Numbered from the stretch's first letter, positions 1-12,439 are shown. The stretch is DNA of 64,000 nt from Octopus sinensis (GCF_006345805.1 NC_042997.1:40920001-40984000); one strand, 5' to 3'. Numbers and translations: made by a program. The notes: generated from the letters alone by a model not told the origin.

Positions 1-239
1 ATATGGAATTTTTATATTTATTTAGATATATAATATATATTATAATGTTATATATATATGTATTTTATATTTATGTAGATATATATAATATATATGTATA
101 TATATATGTATTTTATATTATGTAGATATATTATATGTATATATAATATATATATATAATATGTATTATATTATGTATATATATATATTCTATATATATG
201 ATATTATGTTATGTATATATATATGTATATCTATGTTAT

Positions 240-271
<32 letters not shown>

Positions 272-564
272 ATGATGTATATTATATATATATATGTATA
301 TATATATATGTAATATATATAATATATTTATATATATATATATATTATATATATTATATAATGTATTGTATATATATATGTATATGTATATATATAATGT
401 ATAGTATATATATATATGTATAATATATATATATATTATATATATATATGTATATATATAATTATATATATATATGTATTATATATATGTATATATATAT
501 GTATATATATATATTTTATATATATAATATTTATATATATATATATATATATCTATATGTTATG

Positions 565-601
<37 letters not shown>

Positions 602-609
602 GTATATAT

Positions 610-651
<42 letters not shown>

Positions 652-660
652 CACACATAT
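1..660. repeat. (TA)n-rich low-complexity microsatellite tract
   Basis: Almost pure A/T dinucleotide runs; the Y/I-rich ORFs 211-423 and 416-664 are translation artefacts. Confidence 0.97.
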
Positions 661-830
661 ATGATGGCCGTCCACTCATGACCAAGGAAGACCATTGCTG
701 ACCTTCAGGAACATTGTGCACTCTGGGACTAACTTATATTTTGCATTTGTGGCTCTGTTGGTGAGTGACGAGGCCTGCTCTTGACAAGCATACACGCTGC
801 AAACATTGCAGACCAAGCTTTCCCCATTAA
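661..830 (-). mobile_element. 3' end of an RTE/BovB-type LINE (single C2H2 finger remnant plus tail)
   Basis: Clearly similar to 52841-53010; minus strand encodes VCNVCS..CLSRAGL..H with a frameshift and ends in ggacggccatcat next to the microsatellite. Confidence 0.8.
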
Positions 831-1384
831 TATATATATGATGGGCTTCTTTCAGTTTCCATCCACCAAATTCACTCATGAGGCTTCGGTCAGTAGACAC
901 TCTTTAGTAGAAGACACTCTTTAAAGTATAGAGTTGAACTTCATGTAGCCACCTGTTGGCAACTTTTCTCCCCCACCCATTTTGTAGGGGGTATTACTCA
1001 TTTTTCTGGGCTCTTTTCACAGCTGTACCCTGTTCGAAATTTGGATTAGTTTTTGTATGAAAAGAAAAGGAACAGAGTGGGGGCTTTATTGTAGTTTGTG
1101 GAGAAAACATTAAACATGCCTGAAAATAAAAACATGGTCTTTCCCCCCAACTAAAAGACATGAAGAACTATGAAAGGAGGTAAATAAGTACTGGAGGTGG
1201 GAGGAAAGAAGAGAGAAGTAACAGTGGATTGTTCTAGAACTGCCAGAATGAAAGACTTTCCCTCTTCTTCATTGTTAAGAGTAAAGAAGCAAGGAAAGAT
1301 CGATCGTATTCCAGTCTAATTGTCGTTTTAAATGACTGAGGCTTTCCTTTCTCTGCCTCTCTCACTTCATTCCTTTTCTCTACG

Positions 1385-1680
1385 GTTAAGAGAGTGAAGG
1401 TGCTTAGGTGTATTCGGCCCATGATCGTAAAGTCACGAGAATGATTCCCTGCGGTGCACTGTGTTTTTGAGCAAGGTACTCTACTTCACTTTGCTGCAGT
1501 GTACTCAGCTTGCAAAAGTGAGTCGTAGCTGGAAATCAAAGGGGCCATCCCTGTAACATTCTGTGTGAGGCTGAATCTCCTTGAGAACTACCTTATGGTA
1601 TGCATGTCTGTGGAGTATTCAGCCACTTGCACGTTAATTTTATGAGCAGAACCTCATCATCATAACCAATGGAGTGCCAT
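1385..1680 (+). mobile_element. tRNA-derived SINE with conserved central domain
   Basis: Shares gctgaatctccttgaga...ctgtggagta(c/t)tcagccacttgcacgttaattt with 22543-22905; a partial copy is at about 1960-2110. Confidence 0.7.
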
Positions 1681-2529
1681 TTTTTAAAAAGAGTGAAAGA
1701 AAAGGAAATGCTCCAAATCGTAAGTCAAAAATGTCGTGTGTTTAGCATTATCAATGAAAGCTAAGACGAAATTATTGCTATTCCGTCGTGTATTCACCCT
1801 CGACTCACACTCAGTTTGATAACAACACCCTGTGATCTGGGGGCTTTGCCTCCTGATCTGTGAGGCCCACAAATGATTGGATTAACATCCATATTGATCC
1901 TAAAGATTAAAATGATTTTCCTGCCCCTATATAAGATCTTTATTTGTTTTCTTCCAATCACTTGAAGATCTGTCTTGCTCCAGTTCACTCAGCTGGCCAA
2001 AATGAATTCTAGCTGTAATTCAAAGGGGCAAGCCTTGTCAATTTCTGTGTGAGGTTGAGATAATGATATGCATGTCCGTGGAGTACTCAGCCACTTGCGA
2101 GTTAATTTTATCCTCGTGTGGTAATGAAAAGCGAAAGTGACATCCAATATTTGCTGCAGTTATTTGCTTTGATTTAACTACGTGTCTATGTATCAACTTT
2201 TCTATGGATCTATGTATCTACTGTTTCTATCACTTTCTCTCTTTCTCTCTCACTTCCTGTGTCCCTCCCCTCTCCTGCTTTTGATTTAACAATGTGTGTA
2301 TGTATGTATGTATGTATGTATGAACATTCAAAACACAATACAAACACCAACACCAATCACTGCCTCTCACTTTCTCTCTCTCTCTTTCTCTCTCACTCTC
2401 TCTCTTTCCTCATTCTCTCTCTTTCATCCTCTCTGTCCTTACCACTCACTTCTTTGCAGTAAGTGTGACACACTATGTATGTACAAAAACAAACAAAACT
2501 AAGCATATTAATGTTATTGATACTGATAA

Positions 2530-3635
2530 TAATGTGATGCCGTACCAGACAGTTGCTCTCTTGGCATCTGATCTTAAATGATTGGGAAGTGTTATCATCC
2601 ACATTGTTTTGTCTTGGTATGAAAAGATGGGCTACAGAAAATATTCTGCTCATACCACAGATTTGCTTGTCCTTAACCAGTTGAGCATGTCCCTTGATGG
2701 CTGACAATATGTGCATCTCTCATGAACAGAAGTAGTGGAGGAGCATTATAACCATGTGTTGAGAAAAATTCTTTGGGGTTTGGATAATTCACCTCTGAAA
2801 CAAGGAAACATGGGTGTTTTATTCATCATCCTTATAAAAACCTTGTTCAGTGACCTTTTGAGTGGGAAGAGCTACTCAACCTGAAGAAAATTCTAACTAG
2901 GCCTCACCTGCAAGATCATGCCCTGTTTATCTTGATATGAGATCACCATGTTGTGCACATATAGTTGTGATGCATGTGCCTGGTGTACCTTTGTATATTT
3001 TACATCAGTGTCACTTTGATGGCATGCACTGTTCTCTCAATAACAACAACAACAATTATAATAATATGCCTTGATGCAGTACCAGGCAGTGGCTCTCGTG
3101 GCTTCTGATCTTAACTGATTGGAAGTGATATCATGTACCTTATTTTGTCTTGCTATAAAAGATGGGTTACAGCAAATATTCTGCTCAATACCACGGATTT
3201 GCTTGTCAGTTGTTTGACCTTAACCAGTTGAGCATGTCTCTTAGTGGCTGGTGATATGTGCCTCTCTGCTCACGAGAAGAAGTAGTGGGGGAGCATCATA
3301 ACCATGTGTTGTGAGTGATTGTTTGCGGTTTGAATAATTCTCTTCTGGAAACATGGGTGTTTCGTTCAACATCCTTAAACAACCCTTATTTGGGGACCTT
3401 TTGAGCAGGATGGGTTACTCGACCAAAAGAAAATTCTAACTGGGCTCCACATGCAAGGTTATGCGCTGTTTATCTTGATATGAGATCACCATGTCACGCA
3501 CATATGGTTGTGATGCATGTGCCTGGTGTACCCTTATCATGATGGTTATACTGGGCTTCATATATTTTACCCCAGTATCACTTTGATGGCATGCACTACT
3601 CTCTCACTCAATAATAATAATAATAATAATAATAA
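2530..3635 (+). repeat. Two tandem diverged copies (~540 bp each) of an interspersed repeat, each ending in an (AAT/AAC)n tail
   Basis: 2530-3065 and 3070-3635 align along their length (gtaccag.cagt.gctctc.tggc.tctgatcttaa ... cagt.tcactttgatggcatgcact). Confidence 0.85.
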
Positions 3636-3639
3636 TTTG

Positions 3640-4230
3640 ATGAAGCCATTGCCCTTACTGTGAATGAATGCTCTCAACTTGCCCCAAACCATGATGAGGT
3701 TGCAAAAGTGCTGCATTGGAAAGTATAAGGAAAGTTGGGGTTAGAGAGAAGCAAAACATGGTACAAACAGAAACCACAGAGAATCACAGAGTCAGAGACC
3801 TGTAAAATCTTGTGGGAATTTTCAAATCAGAATGGGCCAAGTGCTTGAGTACAACAAGCCAGGCCTAGTCGTTGTGGACAAGGTGAACCACAAGTGCTCT
3901 ATAACTGATGTTGCATACGCCTTTGACCCACAATTAGTTAGGTGAACAAGTAGACAATCCTCTTAAATGTGCTTGACTGTGAAAGATGGAGATAATATTA
4001 ATTATTATTGGGGCCCTGGGGACAGTATCAGAAGATATTAAGAGGAAATGAGGACAGAGCGCCGAGTAGAGCTGTTACACAAGTCTGCCTCCTTGTCACA
4101 GCCATTATCATCAAGAAAATATTACATGGCTGAACAGAACAGATAGCATGGTACCGTAGGCTGTGGATAGCAAGCCTCCAGGAGTTCCAACAAAACCTGA
4201 ATTAAAAGAATGCTAATAACTGACTCTGAT
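3640..4230 (+). mobile_element. 3' fragment of an R4/Dong-type non-LTR retrotransposon (restriction-like endonuclease domain), degenerate
   Basis: Hand translation gives NHDEVAKVLHWK...TWYKQKP...CKILWEF / NKPGLVVVDK...ITDVAYAFD and IIIGALGTV, matching the RHD-x-V...KILWDF...(R/K)PD...IGALG signature; stops and frameshifts present. Confidence 0.75.
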
Positions 4231-4269
4231 AGGTAGACTAGACAAAGAGAGCAGAAAAAAATTACTTAC

Positions 4270-4508
4270 CATAACCATACGCCTCTTTAAAACTTACAAT
4301 GTAAGTATCAGAGGTTTGTTGTTGAACTGAAGAAATATCTCCACCGAACTTTCTTTTCTATTTCCAAAATAGCTTTGAAGACTGTCAGAGCTGACATTTG
4401 AAGAAACGTTTTTCACTTGAACACTGTTTATTTCCTTAATTCTATTCACTTTCAGTTGATTTCCTTTTAAGGGTTTTTTTTTGCACATCCTCTGAACACA
4501 CTCAAAAT
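4270..4508 (-). CDS. Internal exon, RRM-like domain of PARP14/PARP10/DTX3L N-terminal type; contains a 1-nt frameshift
   Basis: Acceptor ttgcag|at at 4508, donor tatg|gtaagt at 4270. Reads DFECVQRMCKKKPLKGNQLKVNRIKEINSVQVKNVSSNVSSDSLQSYFGNRKES, then in the shifted frame GGDISSVQQQTSDTYIVSFKEAYGY. Length is 239 nt where a phase 1-1 exon needs 240. Confidence 0.72.
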
Positions 4509-4674
4509 CTGCAATAAATACAATGAATGGAAATACATTTTGGTAAAAGATCAAATTGAAGTCAATTTACTGATGTTTTAAAACACATTTTAGATTGAAA
4601 TGATTTTGAGAATTCTTCAAATTTGGAGATTTTAGCATTAAAATGCAGTTCCAATTATTTAACAACTCCATATA

Positions 4675-5090
4675 GGCACAGGTGTGGCTGTGTGGTAAGA
4701 TGGTTGCTTCCCAGCCATATGGTTTTGGGTTCAGTCCCACTGTGTGGCACTTGGAAAAAATGTATTCTGCTATAGCCTTGGGTTGACCAAAGCCTTATGA
4801 GTGGATTTGGTAGATGAAGACTGAAAGAAGCCATCTGTCTGTCTGTCCGTCTGTATGTTACTGTCTCCTTGCTTGTTGTAAACGAGTGTCCCTGTCATAC
4901 AAGCAGTGTCCTTCATTTCCAATCTTCCTTAAAACATGTCTGGTCACTGGGAAACATTACCTTACTTGGAAATAGGTGAAGGTTGGCAACAAGAAGGGCA
5001 TCCAGCTGCAGAAAAAATCCAACTCATCATCAAATTTTGTCCAACCCATGCAAGCATGGAAAAGCGGATGTTAAAACAGTGATGATGATC
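4675..5090 (+). mobile_element. tRNA-head SINE ending in an RTE-derived 3' tail
   Basis: Head ...tggctgtgtggtaag...gggttcagtcccactg; tail ccaacccatgcaagcatggaaaagcggatgttaaaac..gatgatgat matches the RTE 3' end seen throughout the window. Confidence 0.8.
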
Positions 5091-5542
5091 ATGGGTCCTT
5101 TAGTTTTTGTTTACTGATCCTTAAATGTAAAAGGTATTTCTATTTAGGGACAAGTTAAGTGTAAAACATAAGAAACAAAATTTGACTGAGCAGATTTATG
5201 ATGAAAGATAATCCAGCCACGACCATTCCAATATCTAGAATGGTAGCTTCTGTTTTGAAGAAGGCAGAATGTAATGGGAGGGATACTTTCCTGCTATTTC
5301 TATCAGCCTGAGCAACTGTGTAAAGGTCTTCAGATCATTAAAAGTGTGTATTTTAAGGTAGAGATGGGAATTTCAACATTTCTCGTCTGGGCTCATTCTT
5401 GTATTCTAGAATATTGTACTTTGGTGAAAGACATGACAATATCAGAGACAAGTTAGTGATGAAGTTATTTAGACAAAAATGAACAAAAACAAACTATTTC
5501 GCTAAAAATACATATAACACCCAACCATTTCTAAAGATAGAT

Positions 5543-5710
5543 CATCATTTAAGTTCTGTTGTCCATGCTGGCATGGGTTGGACGGTTTGACTGGGCTGGC
5601 ATGCTGGAAGGCTGCATCAGACTCCAGTCTGATTTGACATGGTTTTCTTTGGCTGAATGCCCTTCCTAACGCCAACCACTCCGAGAGTGTAATTGGTCCC
5701 TTTACATGTT
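5543..5710 (-). mobile_element. RTE 3' UTR/tail fragment
   Basis: catcat...ccatgctggcatgggttggacgg...gcccttcctaacgccaaccactcc, the reverse complement of the RTE tail. Confidence 0.8.
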
Positions 5711-6989
5711 TTGATGAATCTTCCCAAACATGACATAATACCAAAAATCTTGGTCATTGCCTCTTGAGGTCCAACGCTCGAAAAGAACTCAGCCACTTTT
5801 CCTCCATGATGCCCAGCATTCAAAAGATGTTCTTTATGTGCCACCAGCACAGATCCCCAAATGTCTCTTGATTTCAAACTGTGACACAAGGCCAGCAATT
5901 TTTGAGGGAAGGGTTAGTTGATTGCATCAACTCCAGTATTCAACTGGTACTTATTACTTGAACCCTGAAAGGGTGAAAGGCTAGTAGCAGGACAAGGAAG
6001 GAGAAGGAAGATGGGAGAGGGTCAAGAATGAGTGAGAGAAGGCTTGTCCAAAAGGAAGTGACCAGGGTATGAGTAGTAGAGGGGATAGAGTGGGTGGGGG
6101 GTCTGCTTTGGCTTGGTTTTTACATTTGGATGCCATTCCTAATGCCAACCATTTCACAGAGAGGGCTAGGGGCATTTTAAGGAGCACCTGCACTGGTATG
6201 GTCTCCTCTCATATAGTTTTTATGGCAGGATGCCCTTCTTAATGCCAACCGTTATACAGAGTGGACTGGATGCTTTATACATGGCACCAGACCCAGCAAT
6301 ATCACCAAGTAACTTGCAAAACAAAGATCCTTTGAGAGGAGGGGCTGTGGTATTGAAGGAGGTGGCTTTGTGGTGTGAGGTGATGTGTAGATAAAGTATG
6401 ACAAAAGGATGGAAACAGATGTCTTGCTGTAGTGGAGTTTTGTATCCTTGTGTGTTGGTAAATAATTCAACGAAGGACAGAAGAAACATGAGGTTAAGCA
6501 CTCTCTGCCAAACGGCTCACAGTCAACTGCTTGCCAACCAATCAACCGCTGACACTCAGACAGTTCTCCATTTTATAGCAATGTGCTAATCCACTTTCAT
6601 TCACTTGGGTGGGGGTGGGAAGCATTCCACGACATGGAGAGACATGGTTACCCGAGTCAGAGGGAAAGAGCAAGAGACAGATAGAGAGAGAGAGACACAG
6701 TGGTAATGTGTCAGGGTATACTCTTAATGTATGAGGATGGGAATGTAAATGGGATAGTATTGGATTTCCCAGGGTGCATGAATAGGGGGTTCATGTGAAT
6801 GCCAGCAGGAGAGGAAGGACAGGATTGCAGGAGAAGAGAGGGAGAGGTAAGCATAGTGCATGAAGAAGAGGAGCAGAGATGTAGTTTTGGTCTATTGAGG
6901 TAGGGTGTGATGAATGATTTAATGTTAGATAGGGGTGAAAGACACAGCAGTGGGGTGGGCAGGTCTTCTCGAGAACCTTCTATTACCAG

Positions 6990-7260
6990 ACATCTCAATC
7001 CATTGTCATCTTGAGATTGGCTCTCTCTTCCACAGCTGCCATCCCCTTTAAGCAATCAACACTTCTATATACAGCTATTTCCATTCATACACATCACATG
7101 TCCAAACCAATGCAATCTTGTCTCTTGCATGCAGCAATTCATTCCGCTTACAACCAACTTTTCTCTCAGCACATTACCACTTTGTCATACATGCACACTG
7201 ATGTTGCATATCCATCAGAACATACTGCTCCCGTTCCTCTCTAGTCTATGCAAGTCTTAA
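6990..7260 (-). mobile_element. Degenerate RTE ORF C-terminal fragment
   Basis: Similar to the 36170-36450 region (catacatgcacactga, cttttctctcag, catcacatg.cca.acca). Confidence 0.6.
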
Positions 7261-7706
7261 GTGACCACTTGGCAAATAACTATAAAGAAGGGAAACAGAA
7301 CCAGAGCATGTGTTTATTATTGGCATACTGACCCTCCCAAGACACACAAAATATATTTTGTTTTAGAATTAAACTATATATTTGTTTTATTATTCTGCAA
7401 TATGCATCTACAAGGGAAAGACGCAGTTTTCTTTCCATTTTGTTTTAGATAGAAATTACATTTGTAACAAGTTCCCTCTATCAATCAAACAAAGATGGTA
7501 AAATATTCCATTTACTTTCCCTCTTTCCAATGTTTAGAAACTGAAGGAACGGTCAAATACTGGAATCAGTTTCACTGATAATACATCATCTCTAATATTT
7601 CTGATTTCCTGCCTGATAACCATCATTCCTGACAAATTTCTTCCTTTTCTGATAAATGTGAGAAACCAAAAAGCAAAATCTGGGAAGAAATAAAAGATAT
7701 AAATAG

Positions 7707-8090
7707 GTGCAGACAGGGCTGTGTGCTAAGAAGTTTGCTTCCCAACCACATGGTTCTGGGTTCAGTCCCACTGCGTGGCACCTTGGGTGAGAATCTTCTA
7801 CTGTAGCCTCAGTTCGGCTGAGGCATTGTGAGTGAATTTGGTAGATGGAAACTGAAAGAAGCCCAGTATGTGTGTGTGTGTGTCTGTTTGTTATCCACCA
7901 TTGTTTGATGACTGGTATCAGTGTGTTTATGTTCTTGTAACTTAGCAGACCAGCAAAATGAAGTGATAAAATAAATTACCAGGCTTTAAAAAGTAAGAAC
8001 TACTGGGGTTAATTCATTTGACACAAAAGATCTTCAAAGTGGTGCCCCAGCATGGTCACAGTCTAATTATTGAAGCTAAACATAAAACAT
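7707..8090 (+). mobile_element. tRNA-head SINE ending in a CR1-like LINE tail
   Basis: Same head as 4675; tail ggtgccccagcatggtcacagtc...gaagctaaa resembles the LINE 3' end at 62485-62535. Confidence 0.75.
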
Positions 8091-8099
8091 ATACAAATC

Positions 8100-8990
8100 C
8101 TATTGCTTCCCAGCCACATGGTTCTGGGTTCAGTCCCACTGCATGGCATCTTGAGCAAGTGTCTTCTACTATAGCTTTGGGCCAACCAAAGCCTTGTGAG
8201 TGGATTTGGTATGCAGAAACTGAAAGAAGCCCATCATGTATATACATACATACATACATACCTTCCTACCTATCTACCTACCTACATACATACATACATA
8301 CATAAATATCTATATCTGTAAATATAAATATATGTCAATTATTCGGTAGCCATGATAAAAGTTTCAGATGTTGGGGCGGAAACCCATTCGAGCATCTCTT
8401 CAGTTATCCGGCCATTGAAAAAATGCTATGAAAATGACCGTTAAACGAAGGGAAATTACTCTGTGATTGACCGTTATTAAGACAAAAGAGCTATTACTTA
8501 GCGGTCATTCTAATAGCTCTTTTCTCTTAATAACGGTCAATCACAAAGTAATTTCACTTTGTTTAACGGTCATTTTCATAGCATATTTTTCGATGGCCCA
8601 ATAACTGAAGAGATGCCAGCTTGGGTTTCTGCCCGAACATCTAAAACTCAGAGTTTTATCATGGCTACCGAATAATTGACACATAAATTCCTCTATTTAC
8701 ATAATATCAAGGTCTCTTTCATTCTTTTGTTTTCTTACCATTTCTATCAAGATATATATATATATATATATATGTATATGTATATATATCTAAGTATGTT
8801 TTCTGTCTGTGTTTGTACACCCACCATCACCTGACAACTGATGTTGGTGTGTTTATGTCCCCAAAACTTAGCAGATCAACAAAAGAGACCAATAGAATAA
8901 GTACAAAGATTTCTTTGACTAAAGGTGGTGCTCCAGCATGGTCATAGTCAAATAATTGAAAGGTGTAAAAGAACAAAAGAATAATAGAAG
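8100..8990 (+). mobile_element. SINE of the same family, interrupted by the fold-back element at 8333-8681
   Basis: Head at 8100-8235; body and tail resume at about 8790-8990 (ggtggtgctccagcatggtcatagtc). Confidence 0.7.
8333..8681. repeat. ~350-bp imperfect palindrome (fold-back) with degenerate hammerhead-like cores
   Basis: tgtcaattattcggtagccatgataaaa... pairs with ...ttttatcatggctaccgaataattgaca; ~165-bp arms around a short loop near 8499-8510; each arm has CTGAAGA-GATG...CATC-(T)GAAA/TAAAA. Confidence 0.9.
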
Positions 8991-9036
8991 ATTCAAGAAA
9001 TCTTTTTCAGAACAAATCAAACTTGAAGAAACTTAC

Positions 9037-9210
9037 CAATTTCATTTTGGCAATACACAAGAAAAGTTCCAGGTTTTCTTCCAGGGAAGACATGTACAAT
9101 TTCTAATTTCCCGTTCTCTTCCAAAAAATCAATTAACATTTCTTCAGACATGTCTTTGGGGCCATTTGACACAATTATTGCATCTTCTTGCCAGACTAGA
9201 TTTTCTGCAT
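9037..9210 (-). CDS. Internal exon, RRM-like domain (PARP14/PARP10/DTX3L N-terminal type)
   Basis: Acceptor ttttcag|at at 9210, donor attg|gtaagt at 9037; 174 nt, phase 1-1, open: DAENLVWQEDAIIVSNGPKDMSEEMLIDFLEENGKLEIVHVFPGRKPGTFLVYCQNEI. Splices in frame to 4508 (NEI-DFEC). Confidence 0.78.
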
Positions 9211-10699
9211 CTGAAAATCAAAACAGCAGAAGAAATTTCAAAATATCATTGAGAATATAAAGTAATTATTTATGAGTGGAGGGCATGGTTGTATTGGTGT
9301 TGAAGTGTAGAACCAGGTCAGAGACATTCTGACCATAAACACCCTCAAGTGTCCTTCCATCTTTAAGATGTTAGTTGGTACATGAGGAAGATTTATCTGC
9401 CTTTTCTAGCTTTCTTTGCTTGATAGCTGAGAAGATTATGAGGTTCCCTGTACAATTAATTGGTTTTAGTTCAATCCCACTGTCCAACAGCACCTTGAGC
9501 AAGTATCTTCCTATCACAGCCTTAAGATGACCAGAGCCTTGTGACTGACATTTGGTAGACAGAAACTGTGGACATCATAGGATTTGTGTGTGAGGTATCA
9601 CCAAAAGGCAACACTTGGAGGAGGCAGTACTCAATGAAAAGCTTTATAACTAGCAGACCGTTATGTAGATAGAGAAAGATTCTTCGGATTTGAGATGACC
9701 TGTTTTCATCAAACATCAATGCAACATCCCTGCTGATTAATATAGAATGCAATAATTATGATGATGATGATGATTTCTTTTATTTGCCACAAGGGCGTAA
9801 GTGAGGGGCATTACTTGGACATTTTACAATCGGGGGGGGGGGTCACATTAAGGATGAAGGGAAAGAAAGCACCAGTCAATGAACCCCACAAATCCAGGAT
9901 CACCCATCTGCCCTGCTTTGTTAAAGGTCAGTGATGGGGTAATCCTCAAAACAGACTCAACTCATAGCCAGATCCTTCCTACATGTGCCAACAGCTGTTC
10001 AACATGACTCTGCAGATCAGAAATGCTTGGACACTGTACAAGGGCATCTCAGCCAGTCCCATCCATAGAGTTTATGCCAGCGCTGCTCCTCGGTAGCCAG
10101 ACCAAGAATTTCTGGAAACTATTATTGTTCTTGTTGTTGCTGTTGTTTATCGTCAAGGCTAAACATATTCCAGAATGTTCTGTGGATTATTGACTTGCTT
10201 TTCATTGTAATAAGTCGCTTTTTCATTCCCTTCTTTCTGTTGTATAGTGTTTGGAGCAGACCATAAGAATCTGAGCGAAAGTCAGTGTTCTCTGCAATAA
10301 GTGGCAAAATTTCAAGAAGAAAGTAATTCTTTTCGAAATATTTATTCATACATTTAATATGGCAGAGTGTTTGTCGCTAAACCGAGACGTGGTTTTGGGT
10401 GGGGAAATTTCCTTTCAATGTCAACCTCACGACTCTGGCTGATCTATCAAACATGGGAAAAGCAGCAGAATCAAGAGGAACAACAACATCATCATCATCA
10501 TTATCATCATAACCAAGACCAACAAAAAGATAAAAGGAAAATAACCTGTAAACAGCACCTGTACCTCCACCACCACCATCACCATCACAAACACCAACCA
10601 CAATAAAACAACAAAAACGAACACGAAAAACGAAAAAACAAACTCTTTATCCATAATACATGCAAATTCAACCAGTGCCACAAGAAAATGGAAAGCTGT

Positions 10700-11330
10700 C
10701 AATGGATGATTTTAAAAAAATGCAAGAAGCAGGTTAAAAAGAAATGGAAGAAACTCTTAACACCCCCGAAGACATCGAAGGCATAACAACAGGGGTAAAA
10801 TGTCAGAAACTAGAACAGGGGATACAACAAATCAACAAAAAGTGTCTACGACCAGCATGGAAGGTGCATTGCAAAGGGGAAGTGACATGACACTGTAGAG
10901 ATGGGATTTGCCACAGAGGAAACGGTAAGGAAGCACTAAAAAGAATGAAGAACTAGTTCTCATACCTGGGCCATTGAGTAGCAAAAATTAAAAGTGGAGA
11001 CATACCACCAGACCTGGACAACTGTCCTCCAGGACATCGAGAACAAAATGCATACCTTGCAGGTGCAGAAACTGCAAAAGCAACACTGGTTGGAGCAATG
11101 CCAGGAGTTGTAGGTGCAGATGGATCAAGAAAGTCTATAAGTAATCCCCGACATTATAAATTTGTCAGATGGCATGTGGGTGTTGGGGGCAGAAAGCTGA
11201 GGTGTCACCAGTGTGTGGATACAAATTACCTGAAGGCCCACAACAAAATAGAGACAAGAGATCACCACTTCTGCTGATACCAACACCATCACCAGCAGAA
11301 GCAAGTGACCACTACAGTTGCAAACACAAC
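10700..11330 (+). mobile_element. Possible degenerate L1/Tx1-type ORF1 remnant
   Basis: Broken frames give TVEMGFATEE and GGRKLRCHQC; many stops; family assignment weak. Confidence 0.3.
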
Positions 11331-11984
11331 GGTAACAGCAGCATCTTCAACATCCAACAGTGGAAGCAAACAGAACAGAAAATACACCCATGTAAATGGC
11401 TTCCACATCCTAGACAGCAGCAAAAACAACCAGAATCCCCCAAAACAATAACTTTATCAACAGAACAAACAGCTAAAGACTCCCCAAGACATGCCCCTCC
11501 CATTTTTGGACTACTCAAACATGTCATGTGGTGAAAGGGACAGAAAAAGAGCTGAAATGGCACAAAGTTAGCTGGTCTAACAAAAGAGAAAAAGGACAAA
11601 ACCACACCGGCCCCCAACACAAAATGGTAAGATGTATGATCAAAAAGGGAGACGTCTTTCAGAACCATTTCACAAACTTCACCTGCAACAACTACACTAG
11701 AATTGCCAACAACATTGTCACCCTATCATTACCTTGACCACCACCACCACCACCATCACTGACACACACACACACACCACCGTTACATGTAGAACCCAAT
11801 TCAAATACATGACACTTAGGTCGCACATCCCAACACCAGCACAATTCCAACATCATTAACTTCAAAGCAATAAAGACAAACACTCAAGAACTCATGGAAC
11901 ACATATACAACCAGAACCACAAACTCTAAGACAGGGACATCGTCTGGTGAAAGTTTTAGTTTAGATCAAATTATTCACTCGTAT

Positions 11985-12168
11985 GTGCCAGTGGTACGTA
12001 AAAAGCACCCACTACACTCACGGAGTGGTTGGCATTAGGAAGGGCATCCAGCCGTAGAAACATTGCCAGATCAGACTGGGCCTAATGCAGCCTTCTGGCT
12101 TCCCAGACCCCAGTTGAACCGTCCAACCCATGCTAGCATGGAAAGCGGACGCTAAACGATGATGATGC
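11985..12168 (+). mobile_element. RTE 3' UTR/tail fragment
   Basis: gtacgtaaaaagcacccactacactcacggagtggttggc...gctagcatggaaagcggacgctaaacgatgatgatg. Confidence 0.9.
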
Positions 12169-12439
12169 ATGATGGATTTTCTTGGGAGAGTGCTTTTCAG
12201 AGTTTCACTTTCATTAGATCTGTGACTACTTTTTGGGTTTTGCTCAAATTCTTCACTTAAAATATGGAACCTATTCCGTGATAAAAATGGTTTAGAATGT
12301 TCATGTGAGGAACTCATTACTTTTAGTCATCTTTCTAGGAGTAAACCATTTCTGGGTGGGTGATAGAAAGTGAATGACTTCTGTGGTTTACGTAGGCAAT
12401 TGAAAAGCCTTTCCTTTCGGGAAAGGAACAAATTTATTA

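Noticed and set aside
211-664. Y/I-rich ORFs, and similar ORFs at 27267-27771, 45523-46029, 46902-47184, 48998-49314 and 60637-61060
   Set aside because: Translations of (TA)n, (TATG)n, (CA)n, (AAT)n or A-rich low-complexity DNA.
7530-7679. Acceptor-like ttcttcccag|attttg that could start a DF... exon between the two RRM exons
   Set aside because: All frames hit stops before a convincing donor, and 9037 already splices in frame to 4508.
10122-10349. 75-aa minus-strand ORF ending in poly-Q
   Set aside because: No splice signals or domain recognised; adjacent sequence resembles decayed L1/Tx1 3' region and a microsatellite.
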